The translations under genes were made by a program, and so were the position numbers. Of a DNA stretch of 64,000 bases, positions 48,561 to 60,079 are shown piece by piece; the first letter of the stretch is position 1; every line of letters starts with the position of its first letter. The notes under the pieces are model-generated. The model saw nothing but the letters and a program-made list of their open reading frames with translations, ran no database searches and was not told the origin of the DNA. The stretch is from Macrostomum lignano (Eukaryota): assembly GCA_002269645.1 (NCBI GenBank), contig NIVC01002254.1, positions 1-64,000 of the forward strand, in the 5' to 3' direction.

Positions 48561-48968
48561 AATGTTTCGCTATAAAATTTCGTCTTGCTAGTTTGTTTTC
48601 AGAAAAGCTGCTTCAAAAATAACAAAAGTTGTTACTGAATTCTGAGCAGAAAGCTTTGGAGCTATCTTGAGCTTTGCTGCCATGGAGTGTACACACTATT
48701 GTCGGCAAGTTCGAAATGCAGTGTGCACATCGCACGCTACACAATAACGTACTTACGCTGTAGCAGTGTACAGTACTTAGCATTTTTATAACACTTGTGC
48801 ATCTTTTTCTAAAAAATATGCTGTTGGCTCAGTACATAATTGATAGGAAGCAAACCAGGCCCATTTCTAAGCCAGCTAGAATGCCTGACCTGGCAGCGTT
48901 ACCTTAAAAACAGGTACTTTGTGTGAACCGATGACACAAGCTCGACCCATATGCGAAATATGCGAAAA

Positions 48969-49253
48969 ATGTGCCATTTTCTGAGCTGGTTTCTGACCAT
49001 AGGCCTGCTGATTTCACTGGTCTCCAAGTAAGTGCAGAAGCTGAACTGATAAAATCGATCAATGTACTAAACTGCCAATGCACGAGCGAGTCCAATAACT
49101 AATATGAGTTCATTTTTCCGTTACACTCTGCAGTGAATATATTAGTTTTGTTTTAACTGACTCATAGCAGCCCTAATCATCTGTAGAATGTCATCTCTTG
49201 TTTCAACATCGGCTTGTGATTTGAGCAGCGGGATACGGCAGGGGAAATTTTTC
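48969..49253 (+). CDS. Probable first exons (signal peptide) of the CUB/C-type-lectin/TM gene
   Basis: AAAAATG at 48969 gives MCHFLSWFLTIGLLISLVS with donor AA|GTAAGT (49027, phase 2); compatible with exon 49187-49253 (KMSSLVSTSACDLSSGIRQGKFF|GTAAGT) and also with the phase-2 acceptor at 57729. Confidence 0.45.
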
Positions 49254-49935
49254 GTAAGTACCTCCGATCTCCGTGCACCTTTTGAGCAGAGCCGTCGAAA
49301 CTGGGCCAGGTCTTTGATCCTGTTGCACCCCCTGCTGCCTCGGCTCCGTCTCCCACGCCGCCACGCATGCCTTTCCGGAGCCCCTGTCTCTCTCTGTACC
49401 TCCTCCTATGCGCTCTACCCTATTCATATTCATTCTTTCCCGATTCCCGTCTTTTTGTCTCTTTGTGCACTGTTTTTCTGCGCTGTCCCCCCTTTCTCGG
49501 TGTCTACTTACAGTACTTTGTGCGCTCACCGTCACCCCACCCCTTCTAAAACTCCCAAACGGTGACGCAAGTCTTGTGACCCCTCTTTCCCCTCGATGAC
49601 TCATCGATGACTCACCCCCCTCTTGCGCAACTTTTTCTCATACCATTGTTCTCCTCCCCACATTTCTCATGCGACACCCACCGCACCTCCGCTTCTATTG
49701 TTCTCGTTTTTGATTCTTTTGTTCATCCTTTTCTTTAATGTTTACTTTTCTACTGTTATCGTTTCTCCCCAATTATCCCCGATTTCCATTTCCTTTGTTC
49801 TCGACCCCAGCCCTATTGTTCTCAATGTTTGCTTGCGCAACACTTTCGCGACCTCCCGCTGCGCCAATTATCCTCCCACCCCACCTCCGGATTGCTCAAT
49901 TTCCCATTTCTCATGTTGCTATACCGTTCGGGTCG

Positions 49936-50573
49936 CCATCACAAGCTCGAAAAATCACATCGTCGAAACAGGGCTCCATCACAAGCTCGAAAAGTCATAA
50001 GCTCGAAAAGTCACATCGTCGAAAACTGATTTAGCAACCACCATAACAAGCTCGAAAACTCACAAGCTCGAAACCTCACATCGTCGAAAAGTTTAGCAAC
50101 CACCATCACAAGCTCGAAAACTCACAAGCTCGAAAAATCATATCGTCGAAAAGTTTAGCAACCACCATCACAAGCTTGAAAACTCACAAGCTTGAAAAAT
50201 CACATCGTCGAAAAGTTTAGCAAACATCATCACAAGCTCGAAAAGGCACAAGCTCTAACCCTAACCCTAACCCCAAGGCACTAACCCTAACCCTAAGGCA
50301 CCAGTACCCTAGCCTAACCCTGAACCATAACCCTAACCCCAACCCTAACCTAACCCTAAACCCTAACTTAAAGGCACTAGTTCTAACCCCGACCCTAACC
50401 CTAAACTTAACCCTAAGCCCTAACCCTAAGGCACAAGCTCTAACCCTAACCCTATTCAAGCTTGTGATGGTGGTTGCTAACCTTTTCGACGATGTGATTT
50501 TTCGAGCTTGTGACTTTTCGAGCTTGTGACGGTGGATGCTTTTCGACGATGCGATTTTTCGAGCTTGTGATGG
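49936..50573. mobile_element. Modular inverted-repeat element with a telomere-like (CCCTAA)n core
   Basis: Left arm 49936-50250: about five ~60-bp modules of CCATCACAAGCTCGAAAAATCACATCGTCGAAA; right arm 50456-50573: two modules in reverse complement; core 50256-50455 of CTAACC/CCTAAG repeats. Confidence 0.75.
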
Positions 50574-50612
50574 GCCCCCTGCCGTTCTTATGCTTCTCAT
50601 CATGATTCATTC

Positions 50613-50693
50613 TGACGTCATTCTACCGGCAGCCAATCAGAGAGAGGGAGTCATGGAAACGACCTTGGAGCGGCGGCTGGGAAGGCTATTTAA
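50613..50693 (+). promoter_or_regulatory. Promoter-like cluster (CRE, CCAAT, TATA-like)
   Basis: TGACGTCA at 50613, CCAAT at 50633, TATTTAA at 50687; associated transcript not identified. Confidence 0.3.
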
Positions 50694-52439
50694 GGAAGTG
50701 GTTTTCGGCATGAGAACCCTCAGAAGGTTATGTCTTGCTTCAACTGAGTAGAGACCTGTTTGTCTCCTCGTCCTTCTTTGGACCTGCTGTCAGACGCTGA
50801 TCTGACCCGTTCGTCAATAGGACGAACCTCTGCCGGCCAGCGGTCTGATACCGCCCAGCATCTTCAGCATCGCCTGAGCTACATCAGCGCCTCGTCGCTT
50901 CAGCGCATCGCCGCTTCCCAATCTGCCTGTCTGCAGCCAGCAGCCGCCCACGGTCACTCCATCGCTCTCTCTCTCTCTCTCTCTGTGCAGCCGCCAGTAA
51001 GTTTCTCTTACTAATTTGTGCTCTGATTGCCTTGCTTATCCGGGCTTTGCCTATATTTTCCATTGCTTGATCAGAGAGCTGAGCCAATTGTGATACCGTA
51101 TTATTTGCTGTATTTATTCAATCGCGAAGCCGCCTAATTGCCTGATTATTTTGCCTAAGGGCCTAATTATTAACCATTACTAAACTCCTCATTATTCACA
51201 CTTCCACCATCATTTCATTCATGGCTTGCTAAGCCTTTCTCCCTGGGTGGCAAAGCATAAGGAAGTTTGGGTAAGCTAATGGCCTCTCCCCGTGCAAAGC
51301 CCGCCTGTGTGTGCGTGCAGTAGAGGGAATTAGCGAGTCATGGCACAGAATGGCAGTAGGAAGGTTGCAACCCCATGCTGACGCGTCCTTTCGCCCTGAG
51401 CAATCTAAACTATAGACAGTACATGTTCGCCTCACACTACTCTTAGTAATTGAAACCGTAAGTCCACCCCGCTCACAGCCACAAAGGATCCCCTGCTGAG
51501 AAATCCTCCAGATTGAGCCCAGAGTTCCCGATCATGCCCCAAGCAGAGTCCCTTTACTCGGCTGCATGTGTCGCCCCTGTTAGCCTAAATCTCCTGGTAA
51601 CCAATCCAGGCGGGGCTCTAGCCTCGAGAGGTCTGGTAGTAAGATCCAGGTGCGCCAGGTCACATAGAGTGGTGGCAGCCACTCGGTCATGCTGTGACCG
51701 AGTGACCAACTATTGCACCTTGGCTGCAGGTGGGGTCCATGTGGGTCCTTGGCCCTCTGGTCACGAAAGCGCTACCAAAGCAATCAATCATGTGGGCGGG
51801 ACAGTCTGGTGCTGGAGGTCCGTCAGGTCATTGCCCGGTCATAGGCAGCCTACGGTCATTGCCCCCTCTGGTCATGCGTTCGTCTCTCAACGGAGCGGAC
51901 GGGCGACAAGGGCGCGGTTACATCATATTATTGAATAGATAATATAGGCCTTAATCATTTCATTAACTTGTTCGAATTCTCGCGGTTAATTCTTGATAAC
52001 AAATGCGATCTGAGTTCGTATCTGTGACTCTCCCATTTGGTCCATTTTTGCAGAAACTTATAAACTCTTCATCACTCGTTCAGATGGTAAACTTCTCTTA
52101 TCTTGCCTTAAATTTAAGGCTGTTTGAAGTCTAAAAATACGTGAGATTACTCGAGTATACGACCTACGACACTGTACTATTCTGTGACACAGTTTAACTT
52201 TGTTTACCGAATTTACAGAATACTGCAATCGGTAGCTGCTGCATCAGGATTCCAAAAAATAGAACCTGGTCTGAACAGCTGATGACGCGAACGCGCTTTT
52301 AAATGATTTGAGCTAGATTCAGTGTGCTCCCGTCCCACTGACAATAACGGACTTTTGGGATGGATATAAGCCGTATTACTAGTTGTACACTCTTTTATCG
52401 ATAGTACTTTCCACATATACTAAATACCTGTTGTAAATA

Positions 52440-53065
52440 CCATTGGTATCTGTGGTACCTTCTGTGACCTCGGTGATGTATTACCATTTAGTAACTAAGG
52501 TCGAGGTTCTCATCCATAATTGTATCTGTGCAGGTAATATATCGCGGAGGTCCATGGTATCTTCTTGGCTGTCCCGTGCAGCCAATGTGCAAATTAAGCC
52601 TTGTTCCTGTTGCCAGTTCTTGTTTGACCTCTTGACTGCCTCGTGAGCTGTTGCAATTTTTCTAAGCGAAAGGTCGGATAACTTTTGTGTAAGCATCATC
52701 TTCAGTGCCTCTTGGTTAGCAATCCCAAATATGAATTGGTCACGAAGTCGGCTTTCCAACTCCGAAGGATCCGTCGGTTTGCCATCTTGCTTCTGCGTTT
52801 CTGAACTGAAGTCGCAGTTCTCAGATGCCGCTCGAAGCTTCCACGCGCGTTTCGGAACATCGTCATCGGCTTGGCGCTGCAGAGAAGAGTTTCTTGGGCT
52901 GAAACTGTCCCAGACTGATCCCCTTCGAAGTGAAGGGGATTTGTCAACTGTGCTTTAGTGGAACCATTGTATCAGCTACCAATGTTGAACGCCTCCAAGC
53001 CCATCATTGCCAGCAGTGCACTTTTCAGTCTGCCGCCCTTCCCTGGAAATGCTGTTGATGTTTGA
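52440..53065 (-). mobile_element. Ty3/Gypsy gag remnant
   Basis: Minus strand KSALLAMMGLEAFNI (~53000) and ESRLRDQFIFGIANQEALKMMLTQKLSDLSLRKIATAHEAVKR (52481-52759), typical Gypsy gag motifs; frameshifted. Confidence 0.7.
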
Positions 53066-53670
53066 GCTTTTGTTCAGCTGCTAAAGCTCTTTGCTATTTC
53101 TCTTATATTTATTCTTATAAAGTAATTCGTTCGAGCCGTGGGACAAGGAAGCCTCTATGTTCGCTTCGCTCCTACCATCGGGTCTGCTCCCTGCACTTCC
53201 AGGACCAATCCTTCGTGACTTCGTCGCAAAATTTAAGTCCTCGATGCAAAAGACCTGTTGCAGACGACCAGCAACACTTGAAAATCGGCGCCTGACAGCT
53301 GATGCTGTACTCTGCATCTTTCCTAATGCTCCCTCCTATTTGAGCAGGAAAAAGCACACCGGAGCGCTCGACCAATCTGGCATCTGCAGAGAGTTGCAGA
53401 GAGAATGCCATGCAGCGATCCAAGGAAGTGGCAATGGAATTTCTACACAAGGATTAAATCACTGGTTTTCTGGCACTTGTGTCATTCAATCTGCCCCACC
53501 ATTTACAGTCCTTTCACAAGCAGATTTCTGCTTTAGCTGTCACATTCTTCATCACCAGATTCTCTCTGACCGAGAATTTGAAGGTAGTGCGGCACTGACT
53601 GTAAGTGAGACTTTGTGCTCTGAAGTCACCATCGATGGAAAGAGGCGCGCTTCCTTTGGGATCTGACCTC
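53062..53670 (+). pseudogene. THAP-domain remnant (P-element/THAP9-like transposase N-terminus)
   Basis: HRVCSLHFQDQSFV (frame of ORF 53062) and RRLTADAVLCIFPNAPSYLS (frame of ORF 53157) reproduce the THAP C-x2-HF and AVPTIF signatures across a frameshift. Confidence 0.7.
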
Positions 53671-54069
53671 CGATGGCAAGTAGCCACACACTTTCTCGCA
53701 GGTGAAGAACTACAATCTAGATGAGACTATATAGCACGGTAAAATTCGCAAAACATTGCAATCTAGACAAATACACTTCGTTTTCAAATATTTTTTTCTA
53801 ACAAATAGAATTCCCATTGATTTTTAGACCAGAATTTCACACATCAAAGGGGCTGGACCAGCTGAGTCGCTTCCTGAGGAGTAAAGCGAACATTCAGGCA
53901 GGGTTCCTTGCTCAAAGCCTGCGTAGTTGTATGTCTACGGAGGATGAACCATAAACAAATAGTCGTATTCAGCACTGATGCTAAGTGCATTTCATTTCAG
54001 CCATTTTATTTGCAGAGCCATATTATTTGCAGAGCCATTTTTTGCAGAGCCATTATATTTGCACACCTG

Positions 54070-56840
54070 TGCAAATAGTGCTGACACCTCCTGGCATCGC
54101 GGCCAGATCATCAGGCCGCGGATGACCTCGGTTGGCTCGGACGGCCGCGCTTCGGCTGCGGCAGCAAAGCTCAGCACAGCAGGGACTCGCAGAGGTCAGC
54201 GCAGTGCACAACGCCTCACTGAGCGGCGGCGCGAGCGCAACCGCCGAGGGCGACTCCGCGGCGCGGCCAGGCGCCTGTTGTCCCCAGTCCCTGCTACTTC
54301 AACTATGGATCCGCCGGATGGCGCCGGGGACCATGAGGCCAACCTCCATCTGGCCCCAGCTGTACCAGGTGGCCAAACCGCGACACGCTGTCAGTGCTCG
54401 GAGACCTAAACGCTGTCCCGCGGAGGTCCGAGCGCTCGCCCTTTGTCGCGGAACGCGAGAACGTCAATACCGATGCGCTGGAGGACCTGCTTGACCGACT
54501 GGATCTGGTGTCCGCGAACACCCAGTTCCGCAAGCCCCCTGCCCGCCTGGTCACCTTTGCGGGCTGCAAAAGAAGGCGGCGGAACGCACGCGGGCGGAAT
54601 GCCAAGAGGAGACTGGCGCAACTCGATCATGCGCTGGTTCGCACTCGCGAGCGCCGCTGCGTCACCAACTGCGACACCATGGCTCCGCTGGCTCTCCGGT
54701 CAGACCACGGACTCCTGATCTGCGACTTGCGGCTCCGCGACCAGCTCTACCGACCGCCAAAGCAGCGGCCACGGTGCTACTATTGCGCACTGTTGGACAC
54801 CCGCGTGAAGCGTCAATTCGCGGGTGCCTTCGTCGGCGCGCTTGGAGACCAGCGCGAGGCGAAGTATTCCGACATCAGCACCGCCGTTAGAGCCGCTACA
54901 GAGCAGACGGTCCTGCTGATGCGGCCAGCGCAGAAATCGCTGCCTGTCTGGCAGAGCGACCCCATCATCAGGCAGGCGCGGCTCAACATCGAGCGACTCC
55001 GCAGAAACCGGAGGCCCACAGGCGACGCTGAAGGCGCATTTGAGCGCCTTCTTGACGAGCGGCAGCAGGCCGCTGTCGACGACGCCATTAGGTCCATCAC
55101 TGCAGCCGGCCTCGACGTGAAGAGCCGCGCAGTGTGGACGGCCTTCCGGACTCTGACGGGGCGCAAAAAGCGCGTGGCGCTGAACCTGGCCGGCGACACC
55201 CCGGAGGAACGCAGGAATGATCTGCGCGACTTCTTCGCCGGCATCGTAAACGCGCCCACGTCGCCGCTGCCCGCCAGCTTTGCGCTCCCACTGGACACGC
55301 CGCTCCCAGCTGAGGAGGACTTCTGCACCAGACCAGTCACCACGGAGGACGTTGTGCTGTACGCTCGGGAAACATCAGGCGGCAAGGCGCTCGGCCCCGA
55401 CGAAGTCCCGGTCGAAGCGCTGCGGCTCCGCTGTGTGGCCTCCCAGGTCACAGGCGTCATGAACCGCGTGCTCGCCGGCGCTCCTGCGCCTACCGAGTGG
55501 ACCGTCGCACACATCGTGCCGATCCCGAAGAAGGCAGGGACAACGCGGAAGGAAGACCACCGCGGAATCTCGCTGATGTCCTGCACCGCGAAGCTCTTCA
55601 ACCGGCTGCTGCTCGATCGTCTGCAGTCGGTGCTGGATCCGTACCTGCGGTACGAGCAGAACGGGTTCCAGCCACAACGCGGTACAGTGACACAGATCCT
55701 CGCACTCCGCCGTGTCATCGAGGAGGCGCGCATCCGCCAGTCTACGCTGATCATTGTCTTCGTTGACTTTCGAAAGGCGTTTGACTCGGTGTTGAGAGCC
55801 GCGCTTCTTTTGTCCTTCGAGCCTACCGGGTCCGCAGCAGCTGTCATGTCGCTGTTATGCAGGGCGAGTTCTGCAGGGCGACACGCTAGCGCCGTTCCTC
55901 TTTGTGCTGCTGTTGGACTGGGTGCTTCGGACCGCACTCCCCTCGGCTAATGACGGCTTCCTGCTGCGCAGACGCATCGGTCGCCGCCACGGCGAAAAAG
56001 CGCCTAAGCGTGCTTGGCTACGCCGACGACCTCGCCCTCCTGTCCTCGTCCATTGAAGGCGCCCAGCGCCAGATCGACAAGCTGGTCGAGGTGGCATCGA
56101 GCGTCGGTCTGATCGTCAACACGCTGAAGACCGAGGTGCTGACTGTGCCGGCCGACATCCCAGCGGACCTGACGTGCCGCGGCGCAGACGGGCAGACGAC
56201 CAGGCTCGCACGCTGCCAGCGGTTCACCTACCTCGGCGGTCTGGTGCCCCACGTGGAGGAGGACTTCCGACGGCGCAGAGGACTTGCCTGGGCGGCCTTT
56301 CGTTCGATCCGAGCCGTCCTCCAGTTCGAAGCGCTGCCCGACCGCCAGAGGGCTCGGCTGTGGCAGGCGGTGGTCGAAACCGTCCTGCTATACAACGCCG
56401 AGACGTGGACGCTGACGGCTACGCTAGAGCGGCAGCTGGACTCGGCGCACTCTGGGCTGCTCCGTGCAGCCTTTCGAGCTAACGAGAGCATCGGGACCGA
56501 GGCCCTGTACGATCGGGCCAAGCTGCAGCGCCCGTCTACCATCCTGCGCCGGCGGCGACTTCAACTGGCGGGCCACGTGATCCGGCCTGAAAGCCATTGC
56601 CCATAACCTGTTCAGGACGTCCTGCTGCTCACCTTGCAGGGTCCGTTCAGGCGGGGTCAGGCCCGAACCCGTCGATACGTGGACTGCCTGCTGTGCGACG
56701 CTGGGGCGCCCGACACTGCCAACGGAGCTGACTTTGTTCGCTCCCAGGCTCTTCGGCGCGCCATCTGACGCGCCCTTCTCTAACTGTGACTGTGCATGCG
56801 GGGTCGCGTATTTTTGTTGTTGTCTGTTGTTGTTGCATTT
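54070..56840 (+). mobile_element. RTE-like non-LTR retrotransposon (APE endonuclease plus RT), internally deleted
   Basis: ORF 54394-55950: LGDLNA, LDHALV, SDHGLL (APE); KALGPDEVP, HRGISLMSCTAKLF, EQNGFQ, FVDFRKAFDSV (RT); ORF 55902-56606: YADDLALL, FTYLGG, RRRRLQLAGHV; 3' (TTG)n tail at ~56815-56836. Confidence 0.92.
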
Positions 56841-57728
56841 CAATAGACTAAAAAGCCACGACAGTTGTGGCATTTGGAAATAAAATAATTCTCATTTTCT
56901 TGAAGATTAATTTAATAATTGCGTCACAGAAACTACAGAGGCGCTTAGATTAGCTACAAAAACTCATTGCAAAAATTACACGAAAGCACGCATTAAAGCG
57001 ATTCATCAAGAAAAAAAAGCTGGACAGCTAATTAAACGAAAATGAGTACTTTTCTCTGGCTCTAGTCTTCGGCGTAGCTCGCACTTGTCTCCCTTGTCCC
57101 ATCATCGTACGAAATACTGAACCCAACAATAAGTACAATGAACTAGGCGTCCACAGTATCCAGACTTACTCGTAGATGCGTTTGTATTTGTGCTATACTT
57201 TAGGTTAAACTGCAGATCAATTGGGGCTTACGTTGCATACTTTGTATCGAATTGACCTGGCTTTTATATAACTGTCATTATTAATTTAAACCGACTGATT
57301 TTGTACATTTTGGCAGTAACTTAATGCTCGTTCGTCACTCAGGTATTAATGACCACCTGAAAAATATCCTAAGGTCTGATTTTGACGGTCGACTGGAAGA
57401 TGCAGCTTTGGTGCAGGTTTTCTGTTGTTTTCTTCCTGTGTATTTGACTTTAAATAAAGTATTCGAGTCAAGTGGCAAGTTTTCCCTTAGCAGTGTAGGG
57501 CATGGTTGTTCAATAATCTTGCAAGCTAGAATTTGATCCGAGTACGTGCTCACGATCAGGATCACGGTTCAGATGTAAAAATTGGAACGTACTTAACGCA
57601 TGGGCTTCGTATATGCATTCCAGAAATTTCGCAGCGAACCACTGCTGCATACACGAGCATACGTTAAGTCTGCTAATTGATGAGTTCTACAACCGTGACG
57701 AGCTGCTCATACCACGCGTTCTTGGCAG

Positions 57729-59175
57729 GTCCTCTCAGGACCAGTTCCAAATAAAATGCAGGTGGGACATCAAATTGAAGGTAGCGAAGCCCGGCACCCA
57801 GCTTCGGATCTCAGCATTGCCCAACAAGAAAGACGGACCGAAAACTGCCGATGGGGACGCCAAAATGTCGGTCGACTTCTTGAACAGCAATTCCTTCAGC
57901 GTTACAACCGGCATGTTCCAAGTTTTACCAGCGACAGAGCAGTGAGTACAGCTCGAGCTGATGCTGTTTGTCTCAGTGAATCAAGGACTTCGATGAATCA
58001 AGGAAAACTTTGTATTTCCTTTCAGTCGGCGCTTCACCATCGACGTCAGCTGGGATCCACGAAAGCAGAAACCGAGCTCCGACAACCTGAGGATATTGCT
58101 GCCGATTCCGAAACAGTGCGGCCAAGACATGCCGTGGTTCAATGGCAGCTGCTATGCTGTCAGTGCAGTGCGGCAGAGTATGGCTGACGCTACGGATAGC
58201 GTTGGAGGCGATGCTCAGCTGGCCAGCTTCTCCAGCATGGCTGAGATCAGCGAGTTCATCGCTGCCAGTGAGTCATTATGAGTTTTCTTCGTAACTGACT
58301 TGTTTTTAAATACGTACGAGTTGTCTCAAGCACACAAATCACTCAAGCACTCATTGAACTGCAGACACGGCAAGGCAGAATGAGTTACCCTACCGACGGC
58401 CTCTGAGTCTAAAACAGCCGGTCCGCCTTGGCATGTTCCACAATGCATCAGCTGCTGCCGTGTTGTCCGCGGTCAGGAGTGACAGCGGCTGCCTTCTGCA
58501 GCTTGTGTCGAATTCGTTCAACTTTTCGTAAGGCTTTGAGTCTGTTGAAATTTTGTTTTTAATTGTTTAAATTTCACCTCTGTCTGTTCCCATCTTGCGT
58601 GTATGGCAACTTTTAGAACCAGTTGGTTCTCTGATCAGCTGACCATTCTAGCTGTGGCCTTTAATAGTTTCTTGTCAATCGGCCATGGGCCTTTTTGGCT
58701 AAGCCGTGAATTCACGTTGTTTGTGAGCTAATCTACAGAAGTCGAAGTGCACAATTATAACGTTTTCAGACTGACTGGCCGAGGGAGAGGTCCATGCTTG
58801 TCACTAAGGGTGACTGACACAGACTCAGCGGTGGTCGAGTTCGTTAACTGCAGCAGCCCGATGCTGTCGCTGCTGAGCTTCCCGGAGACTGCCCGCTCCG
58901 TGCCGAGCTCAGCGCACTGCAGCGGCGGCGAGCTCATGAATCTGGTTCAAATGAAGCTGAGCTATCAAGTCAGCACAACGCTGAGTCCGAGCCAGATTCA
59001 TTCTCGGAGAACTCAGATAGTAATTTTCTCTTCCGTTGGTTTGGAAGTCTTCTTGCTGATTGCCGTCTCAGTGGGCTTGGCGTACAAGCTAGTCAGGAGA
59101 CGACATAATTCAGGCAACAATCCAGTAAGACGACGTGACCCTGCAATGTCCGGCTTCAGCCCTTTAGTCTTTTAA
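57729..59175 (+). CDS. Type I membrane protein with CUB-like and C-type-lectin-like domains (3' four exons)
   Basis: Exons 57729-57941, 58026-58267, 58365-58527, 58770-59175 join in phases 2,1,2 without stops; CRWDIKLKVAKPGTQLRIS (CUB-like), CGQDMPWFNGSCYAVS...LASFSSMAEISEF (CTLD start), TM IVIFSSVGLEVFLLIAVSVGLAY then KLVRRR and a short tail. Confidence 0.8.
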
Positions 59176-59196
59176 GGGCCCGTCCGCCTTTCATTA

Positions 59197-59280
59197 TGAA
59201 GTTTAGGTCTTGGGAAGTTTAGGTCTTGTGAAGTTTAGGTCTTGTGAATTTTAGGTCTTGTGAAGTTTAGGTCTTGGAAG
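59197..59280 (+). repeat. Short array of the 16-bp GTGAAGTTTAGGTCTT minisatellite
   Basis: About five units identical to those at 13640-14160, just after the lectin gene stop codon. Confidence 0.9.
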
Positions 59281-60079
59281 TAGTAATCAACGCCCCCTGT
59301 TGGGGAGGCAAGAAAGACTAGAATAATTTTTTATGAATTAAGCTCCTGATATCTCAGCTTTGACATTTCATCAATCCCCGTCAGCCTTGAAATCTCAGAA
59401 ATTACCCCGTAAGCCTTGATCTGAGAAATTTTCTATGAGCTTTGACATCTTAGCAATTTCCCAATGAATCTTTTATATTTGACATGACGCTACTTTTATG
59501 TCTTTTTTTCTTTTCCATGAGTTTTCTTCACATTAAGAATCATTTAATAATAAAATAAGACTCTCAAAATTCGAACCTGTCGCTGCATTAGCAGTTCAGT
59601 TCGTTCACGTCTAGGCTAGCTCTCATCCAACTGATGACATGAATTGTATCACTTAGCATTCAACACTCACATTAAGTCGAGTCAGTTGGAGTAAAACTCA
59701 GAAAACAGTTATGACGTAACAGATTATTCAAAAAGTCTGATATTCTCCATTAAAGTTAACAATATGGTTACGCAATCTAAATCACGTCTTGTACTTTGCT
59801 TCCACACTGTTTTAAACACTGTGACGCAATTCAAGTCAGTCACAATTACGCCAGTATGAGTAAACTGACTAAAGAACCCTGGTGTGATGCAATCTTTCTC
59901 AGAATCGCAATAGTCAATCAGTTCTTTCTCTAGCATTCTTACGACGTGTTTCAAGTCGAAAAGTCTGCTTAAGCTTTTAAAAAGCTGCTTATTGAGTAGC
60001 TCTTATTTAATCCCTTTAGCATCGAGCAATTTTTTAGCCCAGACTGATTTACCATCATGGGAAAATTTCTGATCGAACG

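Noticed and set aside
50256-50455. True chromosome telomere
   Set aside because: Short, degenerate, internal and enclosed by inverted repeats.
54070-54390. HDV-like ribozyme at the RTE 5' end
   Set aside because: Known for some RTE elements, but I could not trace the nested double pseudoknot by eye; needs a descriptor or covariance-model search.
54813-55937. 374-aa minus-strand ORF
   Set aside because: Antisense shadow of the GC-rich RTE ORF; no independent motif.
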